A stretch of 39,126 nt of DNA from Octopus bimaculoides (taxonomy: Eukaryota), in NCBI RefSeq assembly GCF_001194135.2, contig NC_068994.1, positions 55,131,947-55,171,072 on the forward strand. The letters run 5' to 3'. Position 1 is the stretch's first letter; every line of letters begins with the position of its first letter. The translations under genes and the position numbers were made by a program. The notes beneath the pieces are model-generated. The model saw only the letters and a list, made by a program, of their open reading frames with translations. It did not search any database and had not been told where the DNA came from. This document shows, in pieces, positions 23,086-35,545 of this stretch.

Positions 23086-24788
23086 ATTATTCCACCGTCA
23101 TTATTTAACTTTCCATGCCAGGTTGGATGGGTTGGCAGGATCTGCCAAAACACAGGACTGCACCAAGCACCAATGTCAGCTATGGCATGGCATCTGCAAG
23201 CAGATACCCTTGCTAATACCTGTCAATTCATAGAGTATACAGGGTGCTTTGTTTATGACACCTGTGCTAGTGATGATTGCCTCTTAACTTGCAAGGCTAA
23301 CATCATCAAGCTTTTTTATCTCTACCTGAAGAACTGAAGAGAGAGAGGATGATGATCTCAAGCAGAGGATGAGGAAGTATAGCAAAGATTGAGAGACTGG
23401 TTAACCCTTTGAGCTCGTAACACCGGTTTAACGGTGGATGGCTTATTTTTCTCTATACCGTAGCACCACTCCACCAGTGGAGTGCCAGATGTATGGTCAA
23501 ATAAGGTCCAGGAGGTCAGGGCTGAAAGGGTTAAGGGAGACATTATGACCTATGGGTTGCTGAAGTAGGAAGCAGGTCACCAAGAATTACCCTCAGACAA
23601 AACACCTGTGCTTGATGCTTCTAATGTAGTGAACACTGCTGAGGGTTCCCAAGATCCAGGTAATTGTGTTAAAACCAGGTGATGGATAAAATCTACCTCC
23701 TAAGAAGGGGCACAGTCCATTTGGCTTCTACACTTTCTCTCAGATTTGGGGTGACTTGAGTCCACAGTAGAAGTTACAGGCCAAAGATGCTCTACAGTGA
23801 AACTGAATTCAGAACCACACAATTGCAAATCAAATTTCCCAACCAATCCACCACGCTAACCACCATGAACTGAAGCCTGTAACTACAAAATAGTTTGTTG
23901 ACAGGTTTGTGGCTGAGCCTGAGGCAGTGGAAACCTCTGTCGTGCCGGGCTTCTGGGCCACATCTCTGTTCACTGTTATCAGGATAGAGATGGATATCTA
24001 CAAGTGCGAGCAGCACTAGTCAGAATGGCTGTTCCAATACATCTTCCGAGGCAACGCCTTTTCCAGTTTGTTCACTGGGACCATAAAGTGGACTGACAAG
24101 CCATTTTAGCTGCTTGGTAATTATTTCTGTTTATATCAAAATCTATTTATGAATACATTTTGTTTGTTGGAAGGCATAAGTAATCATTCTAGTGACATAC
24201 ACATGTTCTGAAAGTGGAACTTTGAGGATAAACTCAATGGCTGGAATTTAAAGAACTGCTGCTGCTACTACTACTACTACTACTAGAATATAAAACCAAT
24301 AATGAGTCAACAAAAGAAACAGCTGTGTGCTTGCTTGACTTAATAGAAATGGTAACCAGATTTCCCTCAAATCACACTACACTGAAAGAAAGGACGCATT
24401 AGAAAATGTAGTCCTTGGGACTACACAGTTGTGACTTTAAATCTTAGGACAGCTTATATAACAACAATAAAAACAATGGGAAAGCCATTACAAAGTTGTT
24501 CAACCTGTCATAAACCAATGTCTAAAGAATGAGAGTCAATAAATCAGTCTTAAAAGTTAGGACAGCATGTCTGTCATAAAGATAAGATGGGCAAAGAAAA
24601 ATATGGACCTATGTCATAGTGTAGTAAATTAATACAATTTCCCACAAATGAACACATATAATCGAATTATGAATAGATTAATGACATAAATGAATACATA
24701 CATAAACTCACACAAAATCTTATGCATATTCTGTACAGACACACACACACACCTTAAGTTCCTTGAGTAACTCTTGTAGTATTCTCAG

Positions 24789-24960
24789 CACTCTCTGAGT
24801 GGTTGGCGTTAGGAAGGGCATCCAGCTGTAGAAACTCTGCCAAATCAGACTGGAGCCTGGTGTTGCCATCCGGTTTCACCAGTCCTCAGTCAAATCGTCC
24901 AACCCATGCTAGCATGGAAAGCGGACGTTAAACGACGATGATGATGATGATGATGATGAT
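24789..24960 (+). mobile_element. Family C 3' end (5'-truncated) with (GAT)n tail
   Basis: Exact reverse complement of 38819-38965, followed by (GAT)n. An older copy lies at ~950-1100. Confidence 0.85.
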
Positions 24961-25604
24961 GTTTGTGAAAAGCCAAGCAGGCTTGTTTATCTCTCAATTA
25001 TATATCAACTCTTTACACGTGTACAAAGAAGTTTATAAACACAGGTATATCGAACAGCTAAGCCAATCACAATAATTGTGCCTGTACAAACAGCTGATAG
25101 AATTTGCCATTTTGCTGTAAATCACGACAAAACATAAACGTATGTTCCATAAATATGTCAGGTTCCTCAAAATAAAATACATTTAAAGCGTGTCTTACTT
25201 GTGGGACACCTGGTTCACACGTACATCCCCCCACAATGGTTATTAAGAAACGTTCCCTACCTGTGTCCTAATTAAGCGAAATTTCTGCATTTGTCTCCAT
25301 ACACACTACCACCACCACCTGAAACTAATTTGGTTTCTAGCAAGTTCTAAATATGTTAGCCTATTTCTTTCTATAATAATAATAATGATGATAATAATAA
25401 TAATGTCCATCACGAACAGTAGCAATTACAGTATTGAACAAGACTTACAGGGGGAAAAAATGTCAAATCACACGTACACACACGATTGTGTGTGTATGAC
25501 ACACACATACACCTAACACTCCTACACAGATCCGTCTCTACGTGACGCCTGTATATATACACATGCATATATATATATATATAGAGAGAGAGATATAGAT
25601 ATAT

Positions 25605-25641
<37 letters not shown>

Positions 25642-28279
25642 TCACGCGTCCGCGCGGTGTCCGTCACTATGTGTGCGTGCGTTTAATATCATATAAATGG
25701 CATATTGCGTCTGACTGACTGGACCAACAATTTATATATATATATATATATAAATTTTTGCCTTAAAATGACAAAATTCACGGACAAGAGACACACGTCA
25801 TGTTAGCTATATAACTATTATTATTGTTGCTGATGGTTGAAAGGTTGTAGATGAAGGTTCGAGATGCCGGACCATTTATATTCTCCTTTCTCCCCATGCC
25901 ACACATTTTTTTCTAGTCTGGACTCTGCACTCTTGCGTTCAAATAACACCGGGATCGACTTCACCTTTTGTCCCTCTTCAGTCCATTAAACTGTTAACCA
26001 GTGGACCCAGGTCAATTTAACGGGACTGTGGGGTTCTTTTTAACCTTTATACTATTAATATGAGAATTAAAAAAAAATTCTGATTTAGGCACGAAGCTGG
26101 AAATTTTAGGGGTAGGGGTTAGTCGATAAAATCGATCCCAGGATCAACTTTGCCTTTCGTCCCCCCACCCGGGGATTGATAAAATTACCGCTAATAGTTA
26201 GACCACCAGGTTGATTCAAACGGGTATTATTCTGCCCTACTCCTCCTCTTGCAGATGTGAAAACGATAATAATTTCGGCACAAGTCCAACAATTATGAAG
26301 AGAGGGGTGAAGTTTATTACACTGACCTCAATACATAACTGGTACTCATTTGATTGACCCCGATTATAATTTCTTATAAGCATACATGGTGCCACAAAAC
26401 GCTTTCAATGTTTTCTAGTGGACAGGCAAAAATCGGTTGAGTGGGGGGGGGTCGTTACGTGCCTTGGCCTTCCATAGGGCCCATACACTCCGCTCTTACT
26501 TCCATACACTGTGTGTGAGTTTGTGTCTAACACAGAAATCAATACTCTTTTTTTTCCCCCACAGATCGATCGGACCTGTAAGATTGCAACGTTCATTCCA
26601 TTCCCAGCGATATATTAGCAAATACGAGTGATCAATCGTCTCTTGCTGTGAATGGAACCTAGGACCGGCCGGGAAGCTTGGTCTTTTTTTACTCTTAAGC
26701 ATTTACCATTGTTAATCAACAGTGTAGCTATAAGTATTTTAAATATTTTATACCAAGAACCCAGGCCATTTTCTCTTAATTATTGGCACTAATTAAACTG
26801 AAGCTGGAGGGATGAAAGGTTAAGCCGGCTCGAGGGGGGGGGGAGGATTTGAACATGGAACCGAAAAGATGGTAACTAAATAAAATACAATAATGAATTT
26901 AATTACTGCTCATTAATCTAGATAGAAGAGAGCTGTGTGAGGAATAAAAAATGAAAAAGGCTTCGAGAATCAGTATTCTGGTTCGAATTCCAGTCGTAGC
27001 TAGTTTCATCTATATCAACTGTATCGCTCAACTGAAGCTCATACAATTATCATTACATTTGTATATGTGTAGATTCTGTGTTTAAATATGTACATATATA
27101 CACACATATCTATATATTTGGCGATGAGAGATTTATGCTTCAGGCAAGCACAAATACGCGACCCGGTTTCGATTTCCGGTTGTAGCCATTTCATTCTACG
27201 TGACTGTCTAATGCCCTTGAGACAAGAATAAACGTCACAATCGCACTTACCCCTCTATACATTTCATATATATATACACGCACACACACACATATATACA
27301 CACATATATATATATATACACACATACACACACAAAAATCCGTATATAAGTAGTACAAACAATGTGTACAATAAATATATCTGTGAGTGTATGTTAACAT
27401 TATATATCTATATAAATATATATATACACACACCAAAGTGTATATAAGTACATATTTCTGTGTGCATATACTCATATATGAGTGTGTTTGCGTATGTATA
27501 AATACATATATATATATATATATGTATGTATATATATACGTATGTATGTTTAAGTGAACATATATAAACATCGTTGTTAGAATCAGATTTGGTAAAATAC
27601 TTTCTCTTTTATTTAAAAAAAATGAAACAATACACCATAAAAAAATCCTTAATAATTATTACAAATGTAACAATTAATATTATTAAAACACAGAATAATT
27701 AACGTGCTCTGGCAGAAAGGAAACAAGATAAAAAATGTATACACATAGAACATTTATATATAAATGTGTGTGTAGATATATATATATACACAGACATATC
27801 ATGCCATGAAATGGGGGATCAGTTTTGTATTGTAACACTATTAAAAAATGACCCCCGTTTTTTTGGCCACAGTTCTTATAAGTACAAATATACACACCAC
27901 CACCAATACAACATTCTTTGTATTTTGGGAGTTGTGTTGATGGGGGGGGGGAGCAGTGTTTATACACAAGATCATGTGTGTGTATAAATATATATATATT
28001 ATATATATAGATATATGTATAATGTTGGTACATATCTATGCATACATGAGACAGACAGGGTGGTGGTGGTGATTGTGTCTTGTGTTCCAAGATCTCTTCT
28101 TTCTTTCTTTCTTTAGCAATTCCAGACAAATGGGTAGAGCGCTTTAAAGACACACACACACACACACACATAAAAAAAGAGAGAAAGAAAACAAGAAGCA
28201 AGGCCTTACTTACCGTTGTCGTGTCTGACAAACAGAAACGAAGTGGAAATTATATCAGGTCATTGACGTGGTAGCAGCC

Positions 28280-28360
28280 TTCATCATCACTATCGTCATC
28301 ATCATCATCATTACTATCATCATCAACATCAACGTCATCATCATCATCATTGTCAACATA
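28280..28360 (+). repeat. Degenerate (ATC)n tract
   Basis: CATCATCAC/CATCATCAT units; source of the poly-Ile ORF. Confidence 0.85.
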
Positions 28361-28386
28361 ACTAACACTATAATCAATATATCCGA

Positions 28387-28425
<39 letters not shown>

Positions 28426-29173
28426 TAAATCTATATATACATATATATACTCTTACTATAAAAAAAAGTCCACTTTAATAAATCGATGTAGTTATTAAAG
28501 TTCCTGTTGTTATTATCATAACCATTATCTTCATTATTGTAACTTACTGTTAATGTTGGTGCTGTTAGAATTGGTATTTGGTAACTGTTTTGTTATAATA
28601 TATACATATATAAATAATATACACACTGCATCGCGTACATACTGATTCTGGTGGTGGTAGTGTGTTGAACAAGGATTTTCTTACAAAGTCTAAACCAATC
28701 CAATATTTATAAAATCACCACAGAAACACAAATAAACATGTTATGTGCGTATATATATATATATAGAGAGAGAGATATATAAAATGTATGTATGTTTAAT
28801 TAATCAGAAGTGTACGAGCGTGTATAATATTAAACGCAGAGTTTGAAGAAATCCTGGCTTTTTATAGTATTGTAAATACTTGAGCTATATATATATGTGT
28901 GTGTATGTATGGATTTTAAAAATGGTGTTTATATGTGTGGTTGTGTGTGAGTATATAAAGTTTAAATTCTGGATAGTAAGATCTTCATTTTTTTCTTTCC
29001 GGGTGTATATAGTTCGTTATATTCCAAGTCTGTGAGGTCTAAAGGCATATATAATAATAGTAATAGTTCGTTTTTAAGTCTATACACATGCAAAACATAT
29101 ATATAAACCTGTGTATATGTACTAGTTGGTGTGTTTGTATATATATATATATATATATATCTTTCTGTGTATA

Positions 29174-29220
<47 letters not shown>

Positions 29221-29690
29221 CTATCTACGGAGTCACATACATGTATGTGTTAGCATACGCGNNNNNNNNNNNNNNNNNNNNNNNNNNNNNNNNNNNNNNN
29301 NNNNNNNNNNNNNNNNNNNNNNNNNNNNNNNNNNNNNNNNNNNNNNNNNNNNNNNNNNNNNNNNNNNNNNNNNNNNNNNNNNNNNNNNNNNNNNNNNNNN
29401 NNNNNNNNNNNNNNNNNNNNNNNNNNNNNNNNNNNNNNNNNNNNNNNNNNNNNNNNNNNNNNACATATATAAATGTCTCTGTATTGGTGTGTGTGTGTGT
29501 GTATACGTGTATGTATAAATGTTTCTTTCTTTCTCTTTCTAAGTGTGTGTGTGCTTAACTATCTCTTTCTCACTGTGTGTATACGTATGCGTGTGTGTAT
29601 ATGGGTGTGTGTATAACAGTGAGTGCGCGTGTTTCTGAACACCAGACTATGTGAATACACAAGCCTTGCCTCTACACACACACACCACTC

Positions 29691-29746
<56 letters not shown>

Positions 29747-30904
29747 CTATCTACGGAGTCACATACATGTATGTGTTAGCATACGCGCGCTTTATACATG
29801 TGTGTGTGTGTGTGGATATAAACGTAGTAATGCCCCAGGAAATGGCCTTGACCCTCCTCCCATGCCGCTCCACTTCTCAGTACTGAATATTTAATTACAT
29901 CTGAATGGTCAAAAATATTTTTTTCTTTTTTTTTTATTCTGAAGCTTCTGTCGAAACGGAAAATAAATTATGAATATATTTCTGAATAAAAGTATTGCAA
30001 GCAATTATAAATCTATTTTTAAGCAAAAATAATATCAGGAGCTATTTTTTTTATTTGCTTCAAATTGTTATACCGGTTTTTTTCCTTTTTTTTTGCAGAG
30101 CTTAAATATTTTTTTCATGGTTATATAGAAAAGTTATACAGGAAATTTACAATGTCATGCTGGAAAACGAGTAGCAACGAGTGCAGTTGCATAAAAAAAA
30201 ACGGAAAAAAGAAAATACATATACAAATAACATATAAATATATAAGAAACATTAATGAATATCTATTTTGTTTTTACTTCATCAGAAAATATTTTTAAAC
30301 TAAAATTTTCGACGAAAGAAAATATATTGTAAACTTCATTGTGATTTATTTTATATTTGAACAAACAATGAAAAGTTAGTTATGACTGTACATATACGGG
30401 AAACGTACGTATGTATACATATACTAGTGTGTGCATGTGCCTGTGTCTGCGTGTGTGTATTTGTACACACACGTATACACACATTTAATACATTTTTTTT
30501 TATATTACGTATATTTACATATTTTCTCCCCAAGTCTTGCATAGATTGGAATGGAATGTTCTATAAACAGATATTTTGTTCCAAATGATAATAACGATTT
30601 ATTTATGAATGTCAGAAATTATTTATTTTTTCTCTCTCTTATGTATGTATGTATGTATGTATGTATGTGCACATGCATATGTATATATATATATGCCTAT
30701 ATATATATATATATATAAATGTATGTATATATAAGTATATGCATATACATACATATACATATATACATACACATATACACACGTATACATATATATATAA
30801 TATCTGTATATATACACGTAGACATATACATACGCACGCACAAACACACATATACCAATACAGACACATGCATGTATACATAAACATTATATATATTATC
30901 GTAT

Positions 30905-31275
30905 ATGGTTCCGGGTTCAGTCCCACTGCGTGGCAACTTGGGCAAGTGTCTTCTACTATAGACTCGGGCCGACCAAAGCCTTGTGAGTGAATTTGGTAGA
31001 CGGAAACTGAAAGAAGCCCGTCGTACATATGTATATATATATATATATATATATGTGTTTGTGTGTTTGTATTTGTCCGCCCCCCCCCCAAACATCGCTT
31101 GACAACCGATGCTGGTGTGTTTACGTCCACGTAATTTAGTGGTTTGGCAAAAGAGACCGATAGAATAAGTACTAGGCTTACAAAGAATAAGTCCTGGGGT
31201 CGATTTGCTCAACTAAAAGGCGGTGCTCCAGCATGGCCGCAGTCAATGACTGAAACAAGTAAAAGAGTAAAGAGT
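30905..31275 (+). mobile_element. SINE family A (tRNA-derived, CORE-like ACCTTGGGCAAGT block), CpG-intact copy with an internal (TA)n(TG)n
   Basis: GGTTCCGGGTTCAGTCCCACTGCGTGGCAACTTGGGCAAGTGTCTTCTACTATAG...GGTAGACGGAAACTGAAAGAAGCCCGTCG, then a second half ending GGTGCTCCAGCATGGCCGCAGTCAATGACTGAAACAAGTAAAAGA. The same sequence recurs more than 10 times in the window. Confidence 0.85.
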
Positions 31276-31585
31276 AAAAGATATATATATATGGGGTGGG
31301 TGTGTATCGATTATGTAAACAGAAACTGGAATTGATATAACACGGCGACCGTTTCGACCCATCCTGTGACTGTCCTTTGTGGGTGGAAGGCTGTCCATCA
31401 CATTTAGTCCAAAATATTACCCACACACAGATTTACATATTCGTACTTGGACATGTGTGTGTGTGTGTGAGAGAGAGAGAAAACGGGCCAATAAATAACA
31501 CCAATAGCCTTTATTTGGGGGTTATCTTAAATTAGGAAACTGAAAGATTTGGTAAAATACTTTCTATCTAGATTTGGGTATTGAA

Positions 31586-31761
31586 CAAATCACACGTACA
31601 CACACGATTGTGTGTGTATGACACACACATACACCTAACACTCCTACACAGATCCGTCTCTACGTGACGCCTGTATATATACACATGCATATATATATAT
31701 ATAGAGAGAGAGAGATAGATATATGCACACACACACACACACACACACAGAAATCACGCGT
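31586..31761 (+). repeat. Direct duplicate of 25464-25649
   Basis: The non-microsatellite parts are identical (e.g. CACCTAACACTCCTACACAGATCCGTCTCTACGTGACGCCTG); only the microsatellite lengths and phases differ. Confidence 0.9.
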
Positions 31762-32425
31762 ACGACGGGCTTCTTTCAGTTTCCGTCTACCAAATTCACT
31801 CACAAGGCGGGGAGTGGTTAGTATTTATTCAATCCCAGTCATTACAAGTTGACGGAGGAGTATGAAATACGTACATATATAAATATAAATATAGAAGGGT
31901 TGGATAGAGTGTGTTTAGTACAGATCATTGAAGGCAACGTACTGGTGGGTTTGTCTGGCAGAAAAGGGAAACAGGTGTGTCGAGTAGGTTTAAAACGGGG
32001 GTTGTGTAATGGTGATATAATGTAAGAGAGTTCATTAAGGGGGTTACGTTTCTTTTTCTTTTCTTTTTTTTTTTTACCTGCTTGTTTCAGTCATTGGACG
32101 ATAGCCATGCTGGAGCATTGCCTTGAAACGTTTAGTCAGACAAATCGATCCCCAATACTTGTTTTAAGTAATAATTTTTCAGTCTGGTACTTATTCTATT
32201 GGTCTCTATTTCTCTTTTGCTGAGACCACTAGGTTACAGGAACGTAAACAAACCATCACTGTTTGTCAAACGACGGTGGGGGACATAGCCAGGCATACAT
32301 ATATGCATACATACACATACACATGTGTCTACATATATGTGTGTCTATCTCTCTATCTATCTATCTGTCTAACTATTTCTCTCTCTCTCTCTCACACACA
32401 CAGAGATAGATAGAGAGACAGACAA

Positions 32426-32466
<41 letters not shown>

Positions 32467-32499
32467 CATGCATACATATATACATTCATTCTTAAATAC

Positions 32500-32950
32500 A
32501 TCATCATGACCATCGTTTAATGTCCGCTTTCCAAGCTGGCATCGGTTGGACGGCTTGACTGAGGACTGGTGAACCAGAGGCTGCACCAGGCTCCAATCTG
32601 ACTTGGCAGAGTTTCTACAGCTGGATGTTCTTCCTAATGCCAACGACTCCAAGAGTGTAGTGGGTGCTTTTACATGCCACCAGCACGAGGGCTAGTCAGG
32701 TGGTTCTGGCAATGACCACGCTCAAAGGTGTTTTTACGTGCTACCTGCACAGAAACCAGTCCGGCAGCACTGGCAATGATCACGCTCGAATGTTGTTTTT
32801 CACGTGTCACCAGCACCGGAGCCAATCCGTGGGCCTGGCAACGATCTTGATTGGATGTGCTTTTAACGTTCCACTGGCACAAGTGCTAGTCAGGTGGTAC
32901 TGTCATCAGCCATGTCAGCGATTTTGATTTGTTTACACTTGTCTTCGCAA
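32500..32950 (-). mobile_element. Longer family C copy
   Basis: CATCATCATGACCATCGTTTAATGTCCGCTTTCCAAGCTGGCATCGGTTGGACGG... continues into the CTGGCAATGA(C/T)CACGCTC internal repeats also seen at 38990-39126. Confidence 0.8.
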
Positions 32951-33138
32951 GACAAGTTCTTTGTCCAATGAATGAGGGGCACTCATTAGTGGGCCAGTTG
33001 GCTTTGTGCCAGGTGTTAAGAGACTAAAGTATGCCAAATCAGAACAGGTGTCCATATGTGTGTGCGTGTGTATGTGTGTGTGTGTGCATGTGTATACAAA
33101 CATACATATATATATATGGGCAATACAAATGAAAATAT

Positions 33139-33178
<40 letters not shown>

Positions 33179-33934
33179 NNNNNNNNNNNNNNNNNNNNNN
33201 NNNNNNNNNNNNNNNNNNNNNNNNNNNNNNNNNNNNNNNNNNNNNNNNNNNNNNNNNNNNNNNNNNNNNNNNNNNNNNNNNNNNNNNNNNNNNNNNNNNN
33301 NNNNNNNNNNNNNNNNNNNNNNNNNNNNNNNNNNNNNNNNNNNNNNNNNNNNNNNNNNNNNNNNNNNNNNNNNNNNNNNNNNNNNNNNNNNNNNNNNNNN
33401 NNNNNNNNNNNNNNNNNNNNNNNNNNNNNNNNNNNNNNNNNNNNNNNNNNNNNNNNNNNNNNNNNNNNNNNNNNNNNNNNNNNNNNNNNNNNNNNNNNNN
33501 NNNNNNNNNNNNNNNNNNNNNNNNNNNNNNNNNNNNNNNNNNNNNNNNNNNNNNNNNNNNNNNNNNNNNNNNNNNNNNNNNNNNNNNNNNNNNNNNNNNN
33601 NNNNNNNNNNNNNNNNNNNNNNNNNNNNNNNNNNNNNNNNNNNNNNNNNNNNNNNNNNNNNNNNNNNNNNNNNNNNNNNNNNNNNNNNNNNNNNNNNNNN
33701 NNNNNNNNNNNNNNNNNNNNNNNNNNNNNNNNNNNNNNNNNNNNNNNNNNNNNNNNNNNNNNNNNNNNNNNNNNNNNNNNNNNNNNNNNNNNNNNNNNNN
33801 NNNNNNNNNNNNNNNNNNNNNNNNNNNNNNNNNNNNNNNNNNNNNNNNNNNNNNNNNNNNNNNNNNNNNNNNNNNNNNNNNNNNNNNNNNNNNNNNNNNN
33901 NNNNNNNNNNNNNNNNNNNNNNNNNNNNNNNNNN
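33179..33934. other. Assembly gap (N run); others at 29262-29462 and 34312-34321
   Basis: N characters, each gap flanked by simple repeats. Confidence 1.
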
Positions 33935-34262
33935 ATGTATTTGTGTGTGTGTATGTGTTTGTTATATTTTTACATATATTCTTATGTGTGAAAGACGAAC
34001 ATAAAGTCCTCAGGCAGAGTAGATTAAAACTGTCTTCAGCTGCAAAGGGATTTTCTGTGACCCAGATTCACCTGTACAATTAGAACAGTTTCACCTGTGA
34101 TTTAAGGATTTACTCTTAACGAATCGGTTTTTTTTTTCTCTAAAGATACATTTCTCATACTCTCGTGCTTCAGTTAGTGCAGTCGGAACAGACATCATTT
34201 GTTTGTTGGATCCTGTCAAACTGACCAACCCAAGCTGGTATGGAGGATGAACATTAAGTAGT

Positions 34263-34263
34263 A

Positions 34264-34309
<46 letters not shown>

Positions 34310-34321
34310 CANNNNNNNNNN

Positions 34322-34367
<46 letters not shown>

Positions 34368-34405
34368 CAATGGTGGTGGTGATAGTGATGATGATGATGA
34401 TGATT
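34263..34405 (+). repeat. (ATG)n trinucleotide tract interrupted by a 10-N gap
   Basis: Direct reading; source of the poly-His/poly-Ser ORFs. Confidence 0.95.
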
Positions 34406-35224
34406 ATGTGGAAGAGGAGGAAAACTAGACTCTGAGAAAACCAATGAGGGTCTGTGTTATCACTACAAGGTCCAGAATTTGTGCAGTAGCCCAACTGACC
34501 GTCCTGCCTGGTAACCAAATTGGTCGTTCCTTTGAGCTGCAGAAACCAGCCCAAAGCAGACAGTAGAGTTTGGTGCAGTCTTCTGACTTGCCAGCTCCCG
34601 ACAAACTGTCCAACCTGTTCTAGTATGGAAAAAAAAAACGTTAAATGATAACTGTTGATGATTATAGCATGCCTTTGACTACAGTAAACATAATCATATA
34701 AAAAGGGCCGCCTTGTGTACATATTTCAACCGCACCATGCTCCGCCGTTGCATGTAGAAGCGCCTTTATTGATTTGTGTTTCCGGGAATTCCTGAAGTAT
34801 AGAAAATTCAAGTTTTCTGATTATTCAAAACACTTTGTCTGTATAAATGATGGAAAATAACCGAGTGTTTTGTGTAAATTTGTGATGAATGTAAGGGAGA
34901 CAACTACGTCGGGTTTGAGTAGACCTAAAGTCTAAGGTGACCATTTCATTTTTTGAATATTTTCCAAGTCAATCTTGGACTACATTAGACAATGTTCGAT
35001 TCTTTCTAAGATGATAGAACATAATCTAAAAGAATTTTGTCTGATATTATTTGCAGGTCAATTGACGTGTGAAGGTCTTCATTTGGTTACGATTTGAAGA
35101 CCTAAGAAACAGGCAGTCATCTGCCATTGTTGCTTAACCTGTTTGCATTGAAACCGGATATTTTTGGCCACAATATTCTATCTTTTTTTATGCTCAAACT
35201 GGCCAGATCTGACCTCTCATCAGA

Positions 35225-35545
35225 AACTAGAAGCATGAGGAACAATGTAAATACAGACCACAACACGCGGCTTTCTTTTGACTTCACTCAAACAATTTGA
35301 TTCTGTAAATCACAAGGTTCCATGTGTGAATCAGACTTAGTTGCCCTCAAAAATTCCTCCTAACAACAACTCCTAGTGCTTCTGCAATTCCCTGAAAGCC
35401 ATTTAAGGGCCACAATCTTTTGGACCATCACCACAGCTCAGTGCTGAGTGGACCACTCCTCACTGGCAAAAAATGCTATTTCGGAAAGGTGGGTAGAGTA
35501 CCTCAACAACATCCTGGACAGTCTTTCCTCTATCAACACTTGAAT
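35225..35545 (+). mobile_element. RTE-clade LINE internal fragment (endonuclease end and linker), with deletion
   Basis: TRSMRNNVNTDH resembles RTE TRAMRGADCWTDH. LKAI*GPQSFGPSPQLSAE...KNAISERWVEYLNNILDSLSSIN resembles LKAIYGP.S.G.SPLLSADG..LLTDK..ILERWAEHF..VLNRPSSIN. Confidence 0.75.

Noticed and set aside
29190-29787. Direct repeat: 29221-29261 equals 29747-29787, plus the preceding (TA)n/(TG)n
   Set aside because: The first copy ends exactly at a gap edge, which is typical of an unmerged contig overlap or second haplotype rather than a real duplication.
33006-34004. 332-aa and 311-aa ORFs (also 29088-29558)
   Set aside because: They are open only because they cross N-gaps.
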